Source: Candidatus Saccharimonadota bacterium (GTDB lineage Bacteria; Patescibacteriota; Saccharimonadia; Saccharimonadales; Saccharimonadaceae). Taken from it: DNA of 32,000 nucleotides. Below are positions 7,128 to 16,204 of the stretch, piece after piece (within the stretch, counting starts at the first letter, position 1; every line of letters begins with the position of its first letter). The notes beneath the pieces were generated by a model. That model was not told the DNA's origin, did not search any database, and saw nothing but the letters and a program-made list of their open reading frames with translations. The position numbers and the translations under genes are program-made. The stretch lies in assembly GCA_001897305.1 (NCBI GenBank), contig MKSO01000001.1, forward strand, positions 750,001 through 782,000, given 5' to 3'.

Positions 7128-7212
7128 TAAGACTCGATCAATTAGCATCACATAGTCATACAAGACCTACTTTCTACCAAAAAACGGGATTGGTAGATGG
7201 AACGTAAAAGTA

Positions 7213-7218
7213 TACAAT
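7213..7218 (+). promoter_or_regulatory. -10 box (TACAAT) for the 753-aa gene, leaderless spacing
   Basis: TACAAT is followed by 7 nt (AAAACAA) and then the ATG at 7226. Confidence 0.35.
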
Positions 7219-7225
7219 AAAACAA

Positions 7226-9487
7226 ATGCTATTCTTACGCAAACCATTTATGTTTATACGAAGGTCGCTTTTTCGATTACGCATCTTAATTTCACGTTGG
7301 TTTAAAAAGACTCTAACACCAAGTTTTATTGCAGTAGTTATAGGAATATTATCGACCTATATTCTGCTAGTAATTAATGGCGATGTATTCGAATCCGCTC
7401 CACCTAAAGACCCGTCCTTCTTTTTTGGCTCAGCGGCATTTGTCGGTGGAGCGCTCGCTATCATCGTGACTCTAAACACATTACTTTTACAAAATGCTCT
7501 CGATAAATTGCCCGCTCGGTCATTCAAGCGAGTTGGTGCGAGTGGAAAACTTTATTCAATGTATCTTGCTATGGCTGTAATTACTTTATCCCTATTTACC
7601 CTCGGAATTTCTTACGTAGATACAGCTAATATTGCAAGAACTTATCTCCTCAGGTATGGCATGGGTCTGAATGTTTGGGCGCTTATAATCATCTTTTTAT
7701 ATGCGCAGTCAATTTCTTCTCTTCTTGACCCTACCGCGCAGCTCAAGCAGAAGACGAAACAAATCAAAAAGAAAATTGACAGTACGGAGAGGTTAATTAA
7801 GCGTGCCGTAAAAGCAATGTCCGGAGATGACACCCCAAAAGCTGCCCTAGAGGCAACCGTAAGGAATCAAATGCAACCAACTATGAAGGACATACTTAAT
7901 GACCTTGATGATTTAAGCGGTATGTATTTCAGATTAATTGAACGAGGCGATACGGAACTAGCGATGACATGTATTGCAGCTATAACAGGGTCAGTTTCAT
8001 ATGTATATGGAACACGTAAAGATAACGCATTGGCTATGCCATCGGGTCAATGGGGTTTCTTCGTACCAAAGAGTGACCTAGCAGACTTTACTAACAAGGT
8101 TGATGAAATTATGATGCGGATGTGGACTAATGCTTTGCAGACAAATGACCTGGAATCAATCAGGGAAATAATCAATGGCTACATTATAATGGTCAACTCT
8201 TCAGTTACTATGAAGCATGTCAATTACGATCGTGATAATCCACTCTTCAGCCATACATGGGGTGGGTTTAAAAGGATGTTTGATAAGGGATTCGTCAGCA
8301 GGAACGAGGAAGCACTTTTTCAACTTAGTGGAGCTGTAAGCTCTATAGCAAAGTATTTCTATCTCCATTCAAACAGAAGCTCTCTGAATTATTTGCACTT
8401 CAAGGGTATTTTAGATACACACTATAAGTTATACGCTCACGGCGCTGTCAACCGTGATACTACGCTTATGACACAGGCTAGCGACGGCTTCATGGGGATT
8501 CTAGGTGTCGTTTTAGTAAAAGATATGGGCGACAAACAGATAGATGAGGTGATGACTGAAAAGTATTCTGAATATGTTAGATTAGCCAATACCCCAGCGC
8601 TTCAGAGGCTGCTCAATGCTGGAGATGAGATATTCACGCAAGAACAACTCATACAAGGTTTAATTATGGGTGTTGCCGCGGTCGATACTACAATTGAAAA
8701 AGTCCAGCTTTTTATTCGCGCTTCTGGAATACTTATTGATTCATTAATCTCAGCCGCCACGTCTAACAACGTAAGCACCGTACGGATTAATTTTGATAGG
8801 TATGTTATGGTTTCAGGCGAAGCTGCTTTGCGTCTCCTTTCTAATCCCCCAATTGACTTAGGTGATGTTATCAAGAAGGATTTGAATGGTTTGTTAATTA
8901 AGATAATAAAACTTCATGAGGTTGCTCTACTAGCAAATGACTTCGCATCAGATGATATAAGCGAGGATTATTCTCAAAAATTATCTATGATTGGTCAAAC
9001 GGCATCTTCTTTTAACGACTCCTCACACGCAATTGAATCTATTTCATCGTTAATGAAGATGGCAAGCTGGTTACTAGAAAATCATTTAAACTCCGGGGCA
9101 GGGGCTACTCATGTAATTTATCGTATGGTGCGCTATGCTGCATTTATTGCAGGTTATTCGCATAGCCGACGGCGATTCCTCGTATCGAGGCAATATAAAG
9201 CATCTTTACATACACTTGAATCTCGTTGGTTGCAGCTTACGTTTCCTAATGGTATACCTCAAGGTTCCGTAGCTCAATCACCTAACCTTTTCAGGTATAT
9301 GTTCGATGATTTATTACATGGTTTTGGACATTCGGGTATTCCGGGTTTATTGGATTATCCCGAGGATATTTTCAGTAACCAAGTCTCATATGAACAAATT
9401 GACACTTTCAATAATTACTTATGGCGTGGGATACCTGTCGCGGATCCTATCAATCATCCCTTCACTCCTACCGTTTATTACTACTAG
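7226..9487 (+). CDS. 753-aa protein with an N-terminal multi-span membrane domain and a ~580-aa helical soluble region; no family recognised
   Basis: Long uninterrupted ORF with about 4 hydrophobic spans in the first 170 aa. I could not recognise any nucleotide-binding, nuclease or peptidase motif. Confidence 0.7.
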   Translation: MLFLRKPFMFIRRSLFRLRILISRWFKKTLTPSFIAVVIGILSTYILLVINGDVFESAPPKDPSFFFGSAAFVGGALAIIVTLNTLLLQNALDKLPARSFKRVGASGKLYSMYLAMAVITLSLFTLGISYVDTANIARTYLLRYGMGLNVWALIIIFLYAQSISSLLDPTAQLKQKTKQIKKKIDSTERLIKRAVKAMSGDDTPKAALEATVRNQMQPTMKDILNDLDDLSGMYFRLIERGDTELAMTCIAAITGSVSYVYGTRKDNALAMPSGQWGFFVPKSDLADFTNKVDEIMMRMWTNALQTNDLESIREIINGYIIMVNSSVTMKHVNYDRDNPLFSHTWGGFKRMFDKGFVSRNEEALFQLSGAVSSIAKYFYLHSNRSSLNYLHFKGILDTHYKLYAHGAVNRDTTLMTQASDGFMGILGVVLVKDMGDKQIDEVMTEKYSEYVRLANTPALQRLLNAGDEIFTQEQLIQGLIMGVAAVDTTIEKVQLFIRASGILIDSLISAATSNNVSTVRINFDRYVMVSGEAALRLLSNPPIDLGDVIKKDLNGLLIKIIKLHEVALLANDFASDDISEDYSQKLSMIGQTASSFNDSSHAIESISSLMKMASWLLENHLNSGAGATHVIYRMVRYAAFIAGYSHSRRRFLVSRQYKASLHTLESRWLQLTFPNGIPQGSVAQSPNLFRYMFDDLLHGFGHSGIPGLLDYPEDIFSNQVSYEQIDTFNNYLWRGIPVADPINHPFTPTVYYY

Positions 9488-9516
9488 CAAGTGATTTCCT
9501 TTCCCGAAATGTATTA

Positions 9517-10773
9517 CTATGCGCGTTTTAATAGTAGTTCAAAGTATTCCGTTCCACCGAATGGAATCTTTTGCTTGATAACTTTTTTGCCTTCGATTGT
9601 GTTCGCCGAATAAACAGTGAAAGCACCGTAAAAGTCGTTAATCTCATCAACCGCCTTAGTTAAGTCTCCTACCTTCGAAATATCTTCGAACATACTCATC
9701 TGACTAGCCTTAGACGGCTCAACACCATAGCAATAAATGCCCATTGTCTGAACGTCAGCACCACTCGGGCGTTGATTGAAAAGTTCAAGCGCTCGGCGGT
9801 ATATCTCTTGATTGGTGTAGAAGCTCGATTTATGCATACGCTTCGCATACCACGACTCACCATTACGAAACCTAGCCCATACACAAACCCCACGCGCTTC
9901 AACATTCTTATACCTCACTTTCATACCAGTTGTCTCGCATAAAAAGCTTAGGTACGAACGCAGAAGGTCATCTTTATTTGTAGGATCGCGCAATACCCAT
10001 TGGCGACCTATCATTCCGAGCTTAGTATCGAAATCATCTATTTCATGACCCCTTAAACGCCGGTACCAGTACGTTCCAGTAATACTGTTGAATACCCTCT
10101 TTTTGAGCATGTACTCGTCCGCTGCTAAAAACTGCAAAGGATTCATAATACCATAAGAATTCAACCGCGCTTCATTACGTTCAGCTATGCCAGTGAGATC
10201 GAGCAATGTACGTTCAGCGTAAAATTTCTTTAAGTTCTTGTGATCGATTACATCTAAACCATCTGGCTTGTGCCAACCGGCAGCTTGCTTCGCCAAGAAA
10301 ACATTCATACTAATACCAATATTGATTTTCATCCAATCGCCTATTTCGTCGCGTACCCTCTGTTTAATTTCATAACCGATATCGACTAATGAGCGACCAT
10401 TAAGCGTCGGCTCCATTCCATGAAAATCTATGACTCCTTCGTCAATTGACTTCATCCATGTTTTTGGTGAGTAATCCTTCATTATACGTACCAGTTTCTG
10501 ATACACCTGATGATACTTTGGTGCGTCTGTTTCGAGCATAATAAAATCTTTGCATATCGCTCTCGCGTCACTTAAGCGCATACCGACTTTAATACCCAAG
10601 GCTTTTGCCTCATAAGATGCAGCAATGACACAGCATTCTTTGGATATACGATTAGTGACACCCATAGGTTTACCGCGCAGTGTAGGGTGAGCTTGTTGCT
10701 CTGCTGTAGCAAAGGCACTGTTAAGGTCAATGAACATTATCATCGGCTTTTCTTTGTTAATATCGTTATACAT
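9517..10773 (-). CDS. Y-family (UmuC-like) translesion DNA polymerase
   Basis: Motif I FIDLNSAFATAEQ (D-x-N as in UmuC CDVNAFYASCE) and the catalytic SIDEGVID motif are present. 418 aa. Start could also be the internal MIMFID Met. Confidence 0.85.
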   Translation of the reverse strand: MYNDINKEKPMIMFIDLNSAFATAEQQAHPTLRGKPMGVTNRISKECCVIAASYEAKALGIKVGMRLSDARAICKDFIMLETDAPKYHQVYQKLVRIMKDYSPKTWMKSIDEGVIDFHGMEPTLNGRSLVDIGYEIKQRVRDEIGDWMKINIGISMNVFLAKQAAGWHKPDGLDVIDHKNLKKFYAERTLLDLTGIAERNEARLNSYGIMNPLQFLAADEYMLKKRVFNSITGTYWYRRLRGHEIDDFDTKLGMIGRQWVLRDPTNKDDLLRSYLSFLCETTGMKVRYKNVEARGVCVWARFRNGESWYAKRMHKSSFYTNQEIYRRALELFNQRPSGADVQTMGIYCYGVEPSKASQMSMFEDISKVGDLTKAVDEINDFYGAFTVYSANTIEGKKVIKQKIPFGGTEYFELLLKRA

Positions 10774-11041
10774 ATTCGCCCCCCATTACGTACACTAACG
10801 TCCATATCAACCGCTCAGCATCCAGTTCGATACGATAATCATTAACACCGTCACTCATGTTGAAAGCGTGAATCATTCTCTTACCTTTTTCGGTCGGATG
10901 CCTCATACCAAGTTGCGTAAATATAATTTCCCGTCCTCGATAGACCATCTTCCATGGGACACACTTAAACTGGTCACCTGCATGACCCCGGAAGATTGGT
11001 ACGATGTCTACCACTTCGTTGATTTCTTCCATAGGATTCAT
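10766..11041 (-). CDS. 91-aa protein of unknown family, translationally coupled to the polymerase
   Basis: Its stop overlaps the polymerase start by 8 nt. There is no S24-peptidase (UmuD) Ser/Lys signature. Confidence 0.55.
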   Translation of the reverse strand: MNPMEEINEVVDIVPIFRGHAGDQFKCVPWKMVYRGREIIFTQLGMRHPTEKGKRMIHAFNMSDGVNDYRIELDAERLIWTLVYVMGGEYV

Positions 11042-11047
11042 AATTGC

Positions 11048-11197
11048 CTACTTTAAAAAACTAAAGCGACGAATCTGCTTTGCGCGTTTAAATGCACGGA
11101 TACGCTCTTCGAGTAACGCATCAAGCTTTACTGGTGAAGTTGAACCACGCTGTGTTTCGATATAAGTAATTAATTCTTTTTCTTGAGCTGTCTTCAT
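11048..11197 (-). CDS. 49-aa basic helical protein (not in the ORF track), first gene of the polymerase operon
   Basis: The minus strand reads ATGAAGACAGCT...AAGTAG, giving MKTAQEKELITYIETQRGSTSPVKLDALLEERIRAFKRAKQIRRFSFLK*. GGAGA lies 4 nt upstream of the ATG. The stop is 6 nt before the next start. Confidence 0.45.
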   Translation of the reverse strand: MKTAQEKELITYIETQRGSTSPVKLDALLEERIRAFKRAKQIRRFSFLK

Positions 11198-11417
11198 ATA
11201 ATCTCCATGCCTTAATAAACAAAAAACAACTAAAACGAACTGCTTAGCTGTAACGGGTTTTATTGTATGGAGCTATCCGGTGGTATTTGCAGACCGTTAT
11301 CTGTTGATACACGACGGGGAGCTGATGATTATATAAGACTTCCAGGGACGCTTTGCAAATGCCAGTGTGTATGTCGTCTACTCGTATTATATACCTGTTC
11401 GGCGTTATAATAAAAGC

Positions 11418-12065
11418 ATGTGCGGTAGATATACACTATATACAACCGATGAACTTGAAGACCGATATCGAGTTGAAGTTAGTGACGCTATTAGAGCAAA
11501 CTACAACGTCGCCCCGTCGCAAACTATGCCAGTTATTACAGCGAATGGCTTAGAAATGATGCGCTGGGGACTTATACCACCTTGGGCAAAGGACGAGAAG
11601 ATAGGATATAAATTAATTAATGCTCGAAGCGAAACTATCTTTGAAAAGCCAATGTGGAAGAAGCCAGTCATGCAACGAAGGTGTTTAATTCCTGCTAATG
11701 GGTTTTATGAGTGGAAAAAGGAAGATGACGGTAAACACCCGCAGTATATTCACTTAAGAGATGAAGCCCTGTTCTCTTTTGCAGGTATCTGGGAAACATG
11801 GAATCACGACGGCAAGGAATGGCACACTTACTCTATATTAACGACCTCGCCCAATAAAGAAATGACATCAATCCATGATCGAATGCCGGTAATACTTCAC
11901 AAAGACGATGAAGCCCAGTGGCTTGAAGCTGATACAGAAGAAGATATAGCCGTATTACTTCAACCATACACGAACGGCAAACTAGAAACGTTTGAAGTTG
12001 GTCGAGAAGTGAATACAGTCAAAGTTAATGACGAGACGCTAATTGGACCAATTAATTCAAAGTAA
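11418..12065 (+). CDS. SOS-response-associated peptidase (SRAP/YedK-type abasic-site processing protein)
   Basis: The true start is MCGRY (Cys2 nucleophile) at 11418; the ORF-track N-terminal 17 aa are spurious. YNVAPSQ, INARSET and IHDRMPVIL motifs are present. Confidence 0.9.
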   Translation: MCGRYTLYTTDELEDRYRVEVSDAIRANYNVAPSQTMPVITANGLEMMRWGLIPPWAKDEKIGYKLINARSETIFEKPMWKKPVMQRRCLIPANGFYEWKKEDDGKHPQYIHLRDEALFSFAGIWETWNHDGKEWHTYSILTTSPNKEMTSIHDRMPVILHKDDEAQWLEADTEEDIAVLLQPYTNGKLETFEVGREVNTVKVNDETLIGPINSK

Positions 12066-12090
12066 AACCCCGAGCTCTTTCGGGGTTTAT
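12066..12090 (+). terminator. rho-independent-like terminator after the SRAP gene
   Basis: AACCCCGA (12066-12073) pairs with TCGGGGTT (12080-12087) around a 6-nt loop, followed by a short T-rich tail. Confidence 0.55.
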
Positions 12091-12215
12091 ATGTCAGGCA
12101 CGTTAACGCGTATTCGTATAGTAACAATAAAACATTAAAAAGTTATTAACTATAAAACTAGATTAATCGTATTTACTCGAATCAACCTGAATAATCCGAG
12201 TAATAACCGAATATA

Positions 12216-12503
12216 TCAGTATTTATCTGTATCTAATGCAGAAAGATGGGACAGCAGTTTTTGCGTAACCCCCTGTTCAAACATGGACCACCACAATCCT
12301 TCAACTATGCGGTTCCTATACATCAGCCCAAACAAGATGCTAAGCACTTCATCTTTTGAAAGCGAGGGATAGCCCCCCTTGTCTATTGTTCGTGCTAGTA
12401 AATCGTCCCAGTCAGCAATAACAGGATAAATAAGTCGGTCTTCTGGGTCGTATGTCACCCATAGAAAATCTTTTACATCCTGCGCGTATTGCCTACTCAG
12501 CAC
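12216..12503 (-). CDS. 95-aa protein, unknown family
   Basis: The GTG start (12501-12503) overlaps the TAG of the upstream gene by 1 nt. The C-terminal half has the pattern EVLSILFGLMYRNRIVEGLWWSMFEQG..KLL, which I cannot name confidently. Confidence 0.5.
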   Translation of the reverse strand: MLSRQYAQDVKDFLWVTYDPEDRLIYPVIADWDDLLARTIDKGGYPSLSKDEVLSILFGLMYRNRIVEGLWWSMFEQGVTQKLLSHLSALDTDKY

Positions 12504-12979
12504 TAAAACTTATTCCCACAGTTTAAACACACTCTTTTAATTTCAGATACAATCTTGTCGGCAGTTACAAGTTTGTTCATGTTGGCAAGCTGCCAAATTG
12601 TCGCTGCTCCGGAATGTCTATTGGTAGTTTCCGAAACGGCAGTAAGATTGGTGCTACCACATTTAGGGCATTGTCCGTTAGACTCCCTGTCTTTCTGTAT
12701 TTGCGCAGCTTCTAACTGTTCGCTTTTAGTTGCCTGTACAGCTTCACGCTTCTCTCGCTTGATGGCAATCCATTGCTCCCAGTTGTCCTTATGGCTTCGT
12801 ATAACAGCTATGTCTACGAGCCAAGGAATAATGAATAGAAAAAAGAACAAACAGATTTTTAAAGTACCCATTCCCTTATCGCCCATATAAAACCTATCCA
12901 CGCCAAGCCATCCAAGAAACATGGAATACTTCAGTGCTGTATCATAGTTAATCGTTTGAGTGTTCTGTGAGATGTTCAT
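12503..12979 (-). CDS. TM2-domain membrane protein with a C-terminal zinc ribbon
   Basis: The ATG at 12977-12979 gives MNISQNT... The TM2-like segment reads FLGWLGVDRFYMGDKGMGTLKI...WLVD. CPKCGS...CLNCGNKF forms a Cys4 ribbon. The extra 50 aa in the ORF track have no support. Confidence 0.6.
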   Translation of the reverse strand: MNISQNTQTINYDTALKYSMFLGWLGVDRFYMGDKGMGTLKICLFFFLFIIPWLVDIAVIRSHKDNWEQWIAIKREKREAVQATKSEQLEAAQIQKDRESNGQCPKCGSTNLTAVSETTNRHSGAATIWQLANMNKLVTADKIVSEIKRVCLNCGNKF

Positions 12980-13284
12980 GCCGCGTTGCGTACCTTCCAT
13001 TAATTGGTAATCCGGTAGCAACAAAAAACCGACTACCGGTTGAGCTTGCACTCCACGACCCTTTCGAGTCGCGACTACGCGAATAGTTACCGATAGCCGG
13101 ATTAATATTCGCGTAGATTTGATGACCATACCTTCCCTTGCGGGGGCTCTAGATCGCGTAGCAATTTGAGCTACTTGCAGTCAATTATAGGGGTAAAGTC
13201 CTGAAAAAGAAACTCATATAGGAGCCTCTGTGTGAAAGCGAAAAACGGCGACGGCAGTTATGGTCGTTTTATACTTGATAACCC

Positions 13285-13304
13285 CTTAGAACGGCTTAGA
13301 ACGC
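13285..13304 (+). repeat. tandem 10-bp direct repeat CTTAGAACG(G/C) x2
   Basis: cttagaacgg cttagaacgc, located 58 nt upstream of the 13362 start. It shares TTAGAACG with the right end of the R-repeat core. Confidence 0.6.
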
Positions 13305-13361
13305 GCCACAAAAGCCAATGTACTACCACTTATTACAACTATGTAAGATAATGGTCTTAAT

Positions 13362-14114
13362 ATGAACGAAGACACTCACTACTGGCTAACTCGAGTCGCT
13401 GTAAAACTAAACGAGTTGTTTCTCAGTGGCGTTGATTTTACACTTCATGACGGACAGTGGCTTTTCGATTGGAACGACGAATTAAGCCTAGAGAAAAACT
13501 TGGATAAAGTTCGCGCCGAAGATAAAGCTCTTACTATATTTACTCAAAAAGGCGTTATTAAAAGCACACGTAAAAGGAACTTCTATCGCGAACAGCAACT
13601 AGAATCTTTTGCAGACCCACTCAGAGGTCATCTTATCTTTGGGAATTGGGAGGAGTTTGACGCACCAAAACGAGAGTATGAATATTTACGCTATGTTGAC
13701 GACGTGAATTGGGATAAATTCATTGATTTTTGTGAAGAATACAATTTGAATTACAAGCAAGATGGAATATTAGCAACTCTCGAAATTACCAATCAAGCTC
13801 CTGTAATAAATATTGGTAATGACACTTATATATTGAAAACATTACAAAGCGGTTCCACCTACGACATTATTCAGGTAGCGTACGACCATATAGATATAAG
13901 GTTTGGCTTAAGCGAGTTACGTAAATGGTCTAATAAGTCGTTTACTGCGCAGAAAAGATTTACGGACATATTCCGAACAGGCAAAAATGAATTCAGTAAG
14001 AATAGCGTGTTGAGCCCATTCGCCGATATAACTGCTCAGACATTTATGCTCAAAAAAAATGCCCAGTTGTCACCTACTCAAATCAAAAATATACAAGAAT
14101 CTAGTACCAATTAG
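13362..14114 (+). CDS. 250-aa protein, unknown family
   Basis: Clean ORF with no recognisable motifs. Confidence 0.55.
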   Translation: MNEDTHYWLTRVAVKLNELFLSGVDFTLHDGQWLFDWNDELSLEKNLDKVRAEDKALTIFTQKGVIKSTRKRNFYREQQLESFADPLRGHLIFGNWEEFDAPKREYEYLRYVDDVNWDKFIDFCEEYNLNYKQDGILATLEITNQAPVINIGNDTYILKTLQSGSTYDIIQVAYDHIDIRFGLSELRKWSNKSFTAQKRFTDIFRTGKNEFSKNSVLSPFADITAQTFMLKKNAQLSPTQIKNIQESSTN

Positions 14115-14257
14115 TACCGCTTCACCTAAGTAGATGTACCGATGTCGTACATCCGTTAAGTTATTTTACTTCTCAAATTACACTAAATGTTATGACGCAC
14201 AACGAGTTAGCAAAGTCATCAAGCGTCAGACTTTGTGTACTCAAAAGGAGAACCAAA

Positions 14258-14590
14258 ATGGAAAACGAATACGAAGTAGAGGCTCAGGTACATAAGCGCG
14301 TAGGTGCTGGATATCGAGTTAAGGCTTTAGTTCACGACATCGGACTATATATTAACGGAATGATGGTATTCCCGCCGAACGATGAACATGACTGGTCTGT
14401 ATATCCCCCCTTATTAGGAAGAGCTGGTCGCGGGGTATATAGATATACAGTTGAGTTCAATAAACATGCTCCGCTTTGGGAAGAAATTCACGAGGCTTGT
14501 ATCGAGGCTGTTAAGTCCGAGCTGGGAATTAGTGATACCGATGACGACATATCCTATGCACAAGAATCGGATGATAAAGAGTTCATGTAA
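14258..14590 (+). CDS. 110-aa protein, unknown family
   Basis: AAAGGAG lies 7 nt upstream of the ATG at 14258 (MENEYEVEAQ...). The ORF-track start at 14192 lacks such support. Confidence 0.55.
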   Translation: MENEYEVEAQVHKRVGAGYRVKALVHDIGLYINGMMVFPPNDEHDWSVYPPLLGRAGRGVYRYTVEFNKHAPLWEEIHEACIEAVKSELGISDTDDDISYAQESDDKEFM

Positions 14591-14665
14591 CCCTTAAAAA
14601 GAAAACCCTTATATATAAAGATAACCTCTAATGTAATAAGGATTACCTTTATGATTAGCCTTGTT

Positions 14666-14681
14666 TTATTACAAGTAATAA
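14666..14681. promoter_or_regulatory. palindrome upstream of the xis/int module (candidate operator)
   Basis: TTATTAC-aa-GTAATAA. A TATAAT box at 14727-14732 lies 10 nt upstream of the ATG at 14743. Confidence 0.3.
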
Positions 14682-14742
14682 CTCGATTACGAGGAACAAT
14701 GGGGTTTCGAAAAACAGAGAATTATTATATAATAAAAGCTGA

Positions 14743-15024
14743 ATGATGTCCAGTAACTTAACTACCCTAACTAAACTGAGCATCACACAGCTTAACTGCA
14801 AATACGGAAGGATTTTGGAGATGAGCGACACAAAAACTAATATTAAGCCGACTTTATATACGGTCGGTGAAGCTGCGGAGGAGTTGAGAGTAAGCAAGTG
14901 GATGATCTACAGACTTCTCCGCAATAACGAACTCAAATCACTAACTATTGCCAGTCGTAGGCTTATCGCATCCGATGATTTGGTGGATTTTATTAAACGA
15001 CATAAGGGTGATTATTATGGGTAG
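14743..15024 (+). CDS. excisionase-type helix-turn-helix DNA-binding protein
   Basis: LYTVGEAAEELRVSKWMIYRLLRNNELKSLTIASRRLI matches the MerR-like/excisionase HTH pattern. The gene sits immediately upstream of, and overlaps by 8 nt, the integrase gene. An alternative start at 14821 would give 67 aa. Confidence 0.7.
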   Translation: MMSSNLTTLTKLSITQLNCKYGRILEMSDTKTNIKPTLYTVGEAAEELRVSKWMIYRLLRNNELKSLTIASRRLIASDDLVDFIKRHKGDYYG

Positions 15025-16204
15025 ACGCGCACGCGGAAATGGAACAGTTTATAGACGTAAAGAAGGACGGTACGAGGCGGCGTGCTATGTAAACACTCCT
15101 CAGGGAATTAAACGCGTGAGGCGATATGCAAAGACATTAAGTGAAGCCGAGTCTATATTGGTTGAACTGCGCAGTAAAAATAACAGTGGCATTCTAAGCA
15201 GTACTAAGGAAGAAAAGCTTGGTGATTACATGGATTACTGGTTATTGACTGTGAAGTCCTCTATCCGCAGGCGAACATTCATAAGTTATGAAACGACTAT
15301 TCGACTTTACTTAAAACCAGGACTTGGCAACAAAAGATTAACGAAATTGACGGTCGCAGAGGCGCAGTTATTCATGAATAATCAAGGAAGAGTAGGCCAA
15401 TCGCACCGTAACTTACAGAAAATGCGAATAGTGCTTTCTGCGGTGCTTAACCACGCTCTTTATGAGGAGCGGGTTATAAGGAATGTTGCACACTCAGTAA
15501 AAATACCGACTTATAAACCAAAAGAGATTGAGCCTTGGAGCATTGACCAATTAGCAAGTTTCTTGGAAGCTACGTGCAATGACCGATACTATCCAATTTA
15601 CTTTTTGATGGGTTTTTATGGACTTCGCAGTGGTGAAGCATTAGGTATCTCATGGTCGGATATAGATATAAATAAAAAAGTTATTCGCATTCGCAGACAA
15701 GTGGACTATGTGAACGGCAGCTATGAATATTCGGAGTTAAAGACACAAGCTGGACGGAGAGATTTGCCTATCGTTGGTATGACCCAAGACGTACTTGATA
15801 ACCTTAGCCCGACATTAAATGGACCGTTACCAGATTTAGTATTCAAGACTCCAAGTGGTTTGCCGATAGACGCAGGTAATATGCGAAAAACGTTCAAGCG
15901 ACTAAGTCGTCAAGCAGGGCTACCAGTTATAAACCCACATCACCTACGACATACAGCAGCGACTAATCTCAAAAACCTGAACATTGCGCCAAAAGATGTG
16001 CAGATGATTTTAGGGCATGCACATATCTCAACTACCATGCAGATATATCAGCATTCTGACATGACAGGTAGGTCAGACGCGTTTGAGAAATACGAACTCC
16101 AAATAGCCGAAAAAAATGCCTCTAGCCGTCAAGTTAAGCCGTCAAATGAAAAAGTCATTGCACAAAACAATGACTCTTACAGTGGTACCCCGGACTGGAT
16201 TTGA
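15017..16204 (+). CDS. int: tyrosine site-specific recombinase (integrase)
   Basis: The start MGRRARGNGTVYRRKEGRYEA is typical of this class. Catalytic signatures present: YGLRSGEAL, HHLRHTAATNL, LGHAHISTTMQIYQH. The stop (16202-16204) lies inside the 45-bp att repeat. Confidence 0.9.
   Translation: MGRRARGNGTVYRRKEGRYEAACYVNTPQGIKRVRRYAKTLSEAESILVELRSKNNSGILSSTKEEKLGDYMDYWLLTVKSSIRRRTFISYETTIRLYLKPGLGNKRLTKLTVAEAQLFMNNQGRVGQSHRNLQKMRIVLSAVLNHALYEERVIRNVAHSVKIPTYKPKEIEPWSIDQLASFLEATCNDRYYPIYFLMGFYGLRSGEALGISWSDIDINKKVIRIRRQVDYVNGSYEYSELKTQAGRRDLPIVGMTQDVLDNLSPTLNGPLPDLVFKTPSGLPIDAGNMRKTFKRLSRQAGLPVINPHHLRHTAATNLKNLNIAPKDVQMILGHAHISTTMQIYQHSDMTGRSDAFEKYELQIAEKNASSRQVKPSNEKVIAQNNDSYSGTPDWI

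Noticed and set aside
11133-11146. GGTGAAGTTGAACC inside the 49-aa ORF resembles the repeat core GGTGAAGTTAGAACC.
   Set aside because: It is a single partial match within coding sequence, without the TGGTACAGCA half or the flanks. It is most likely chance.
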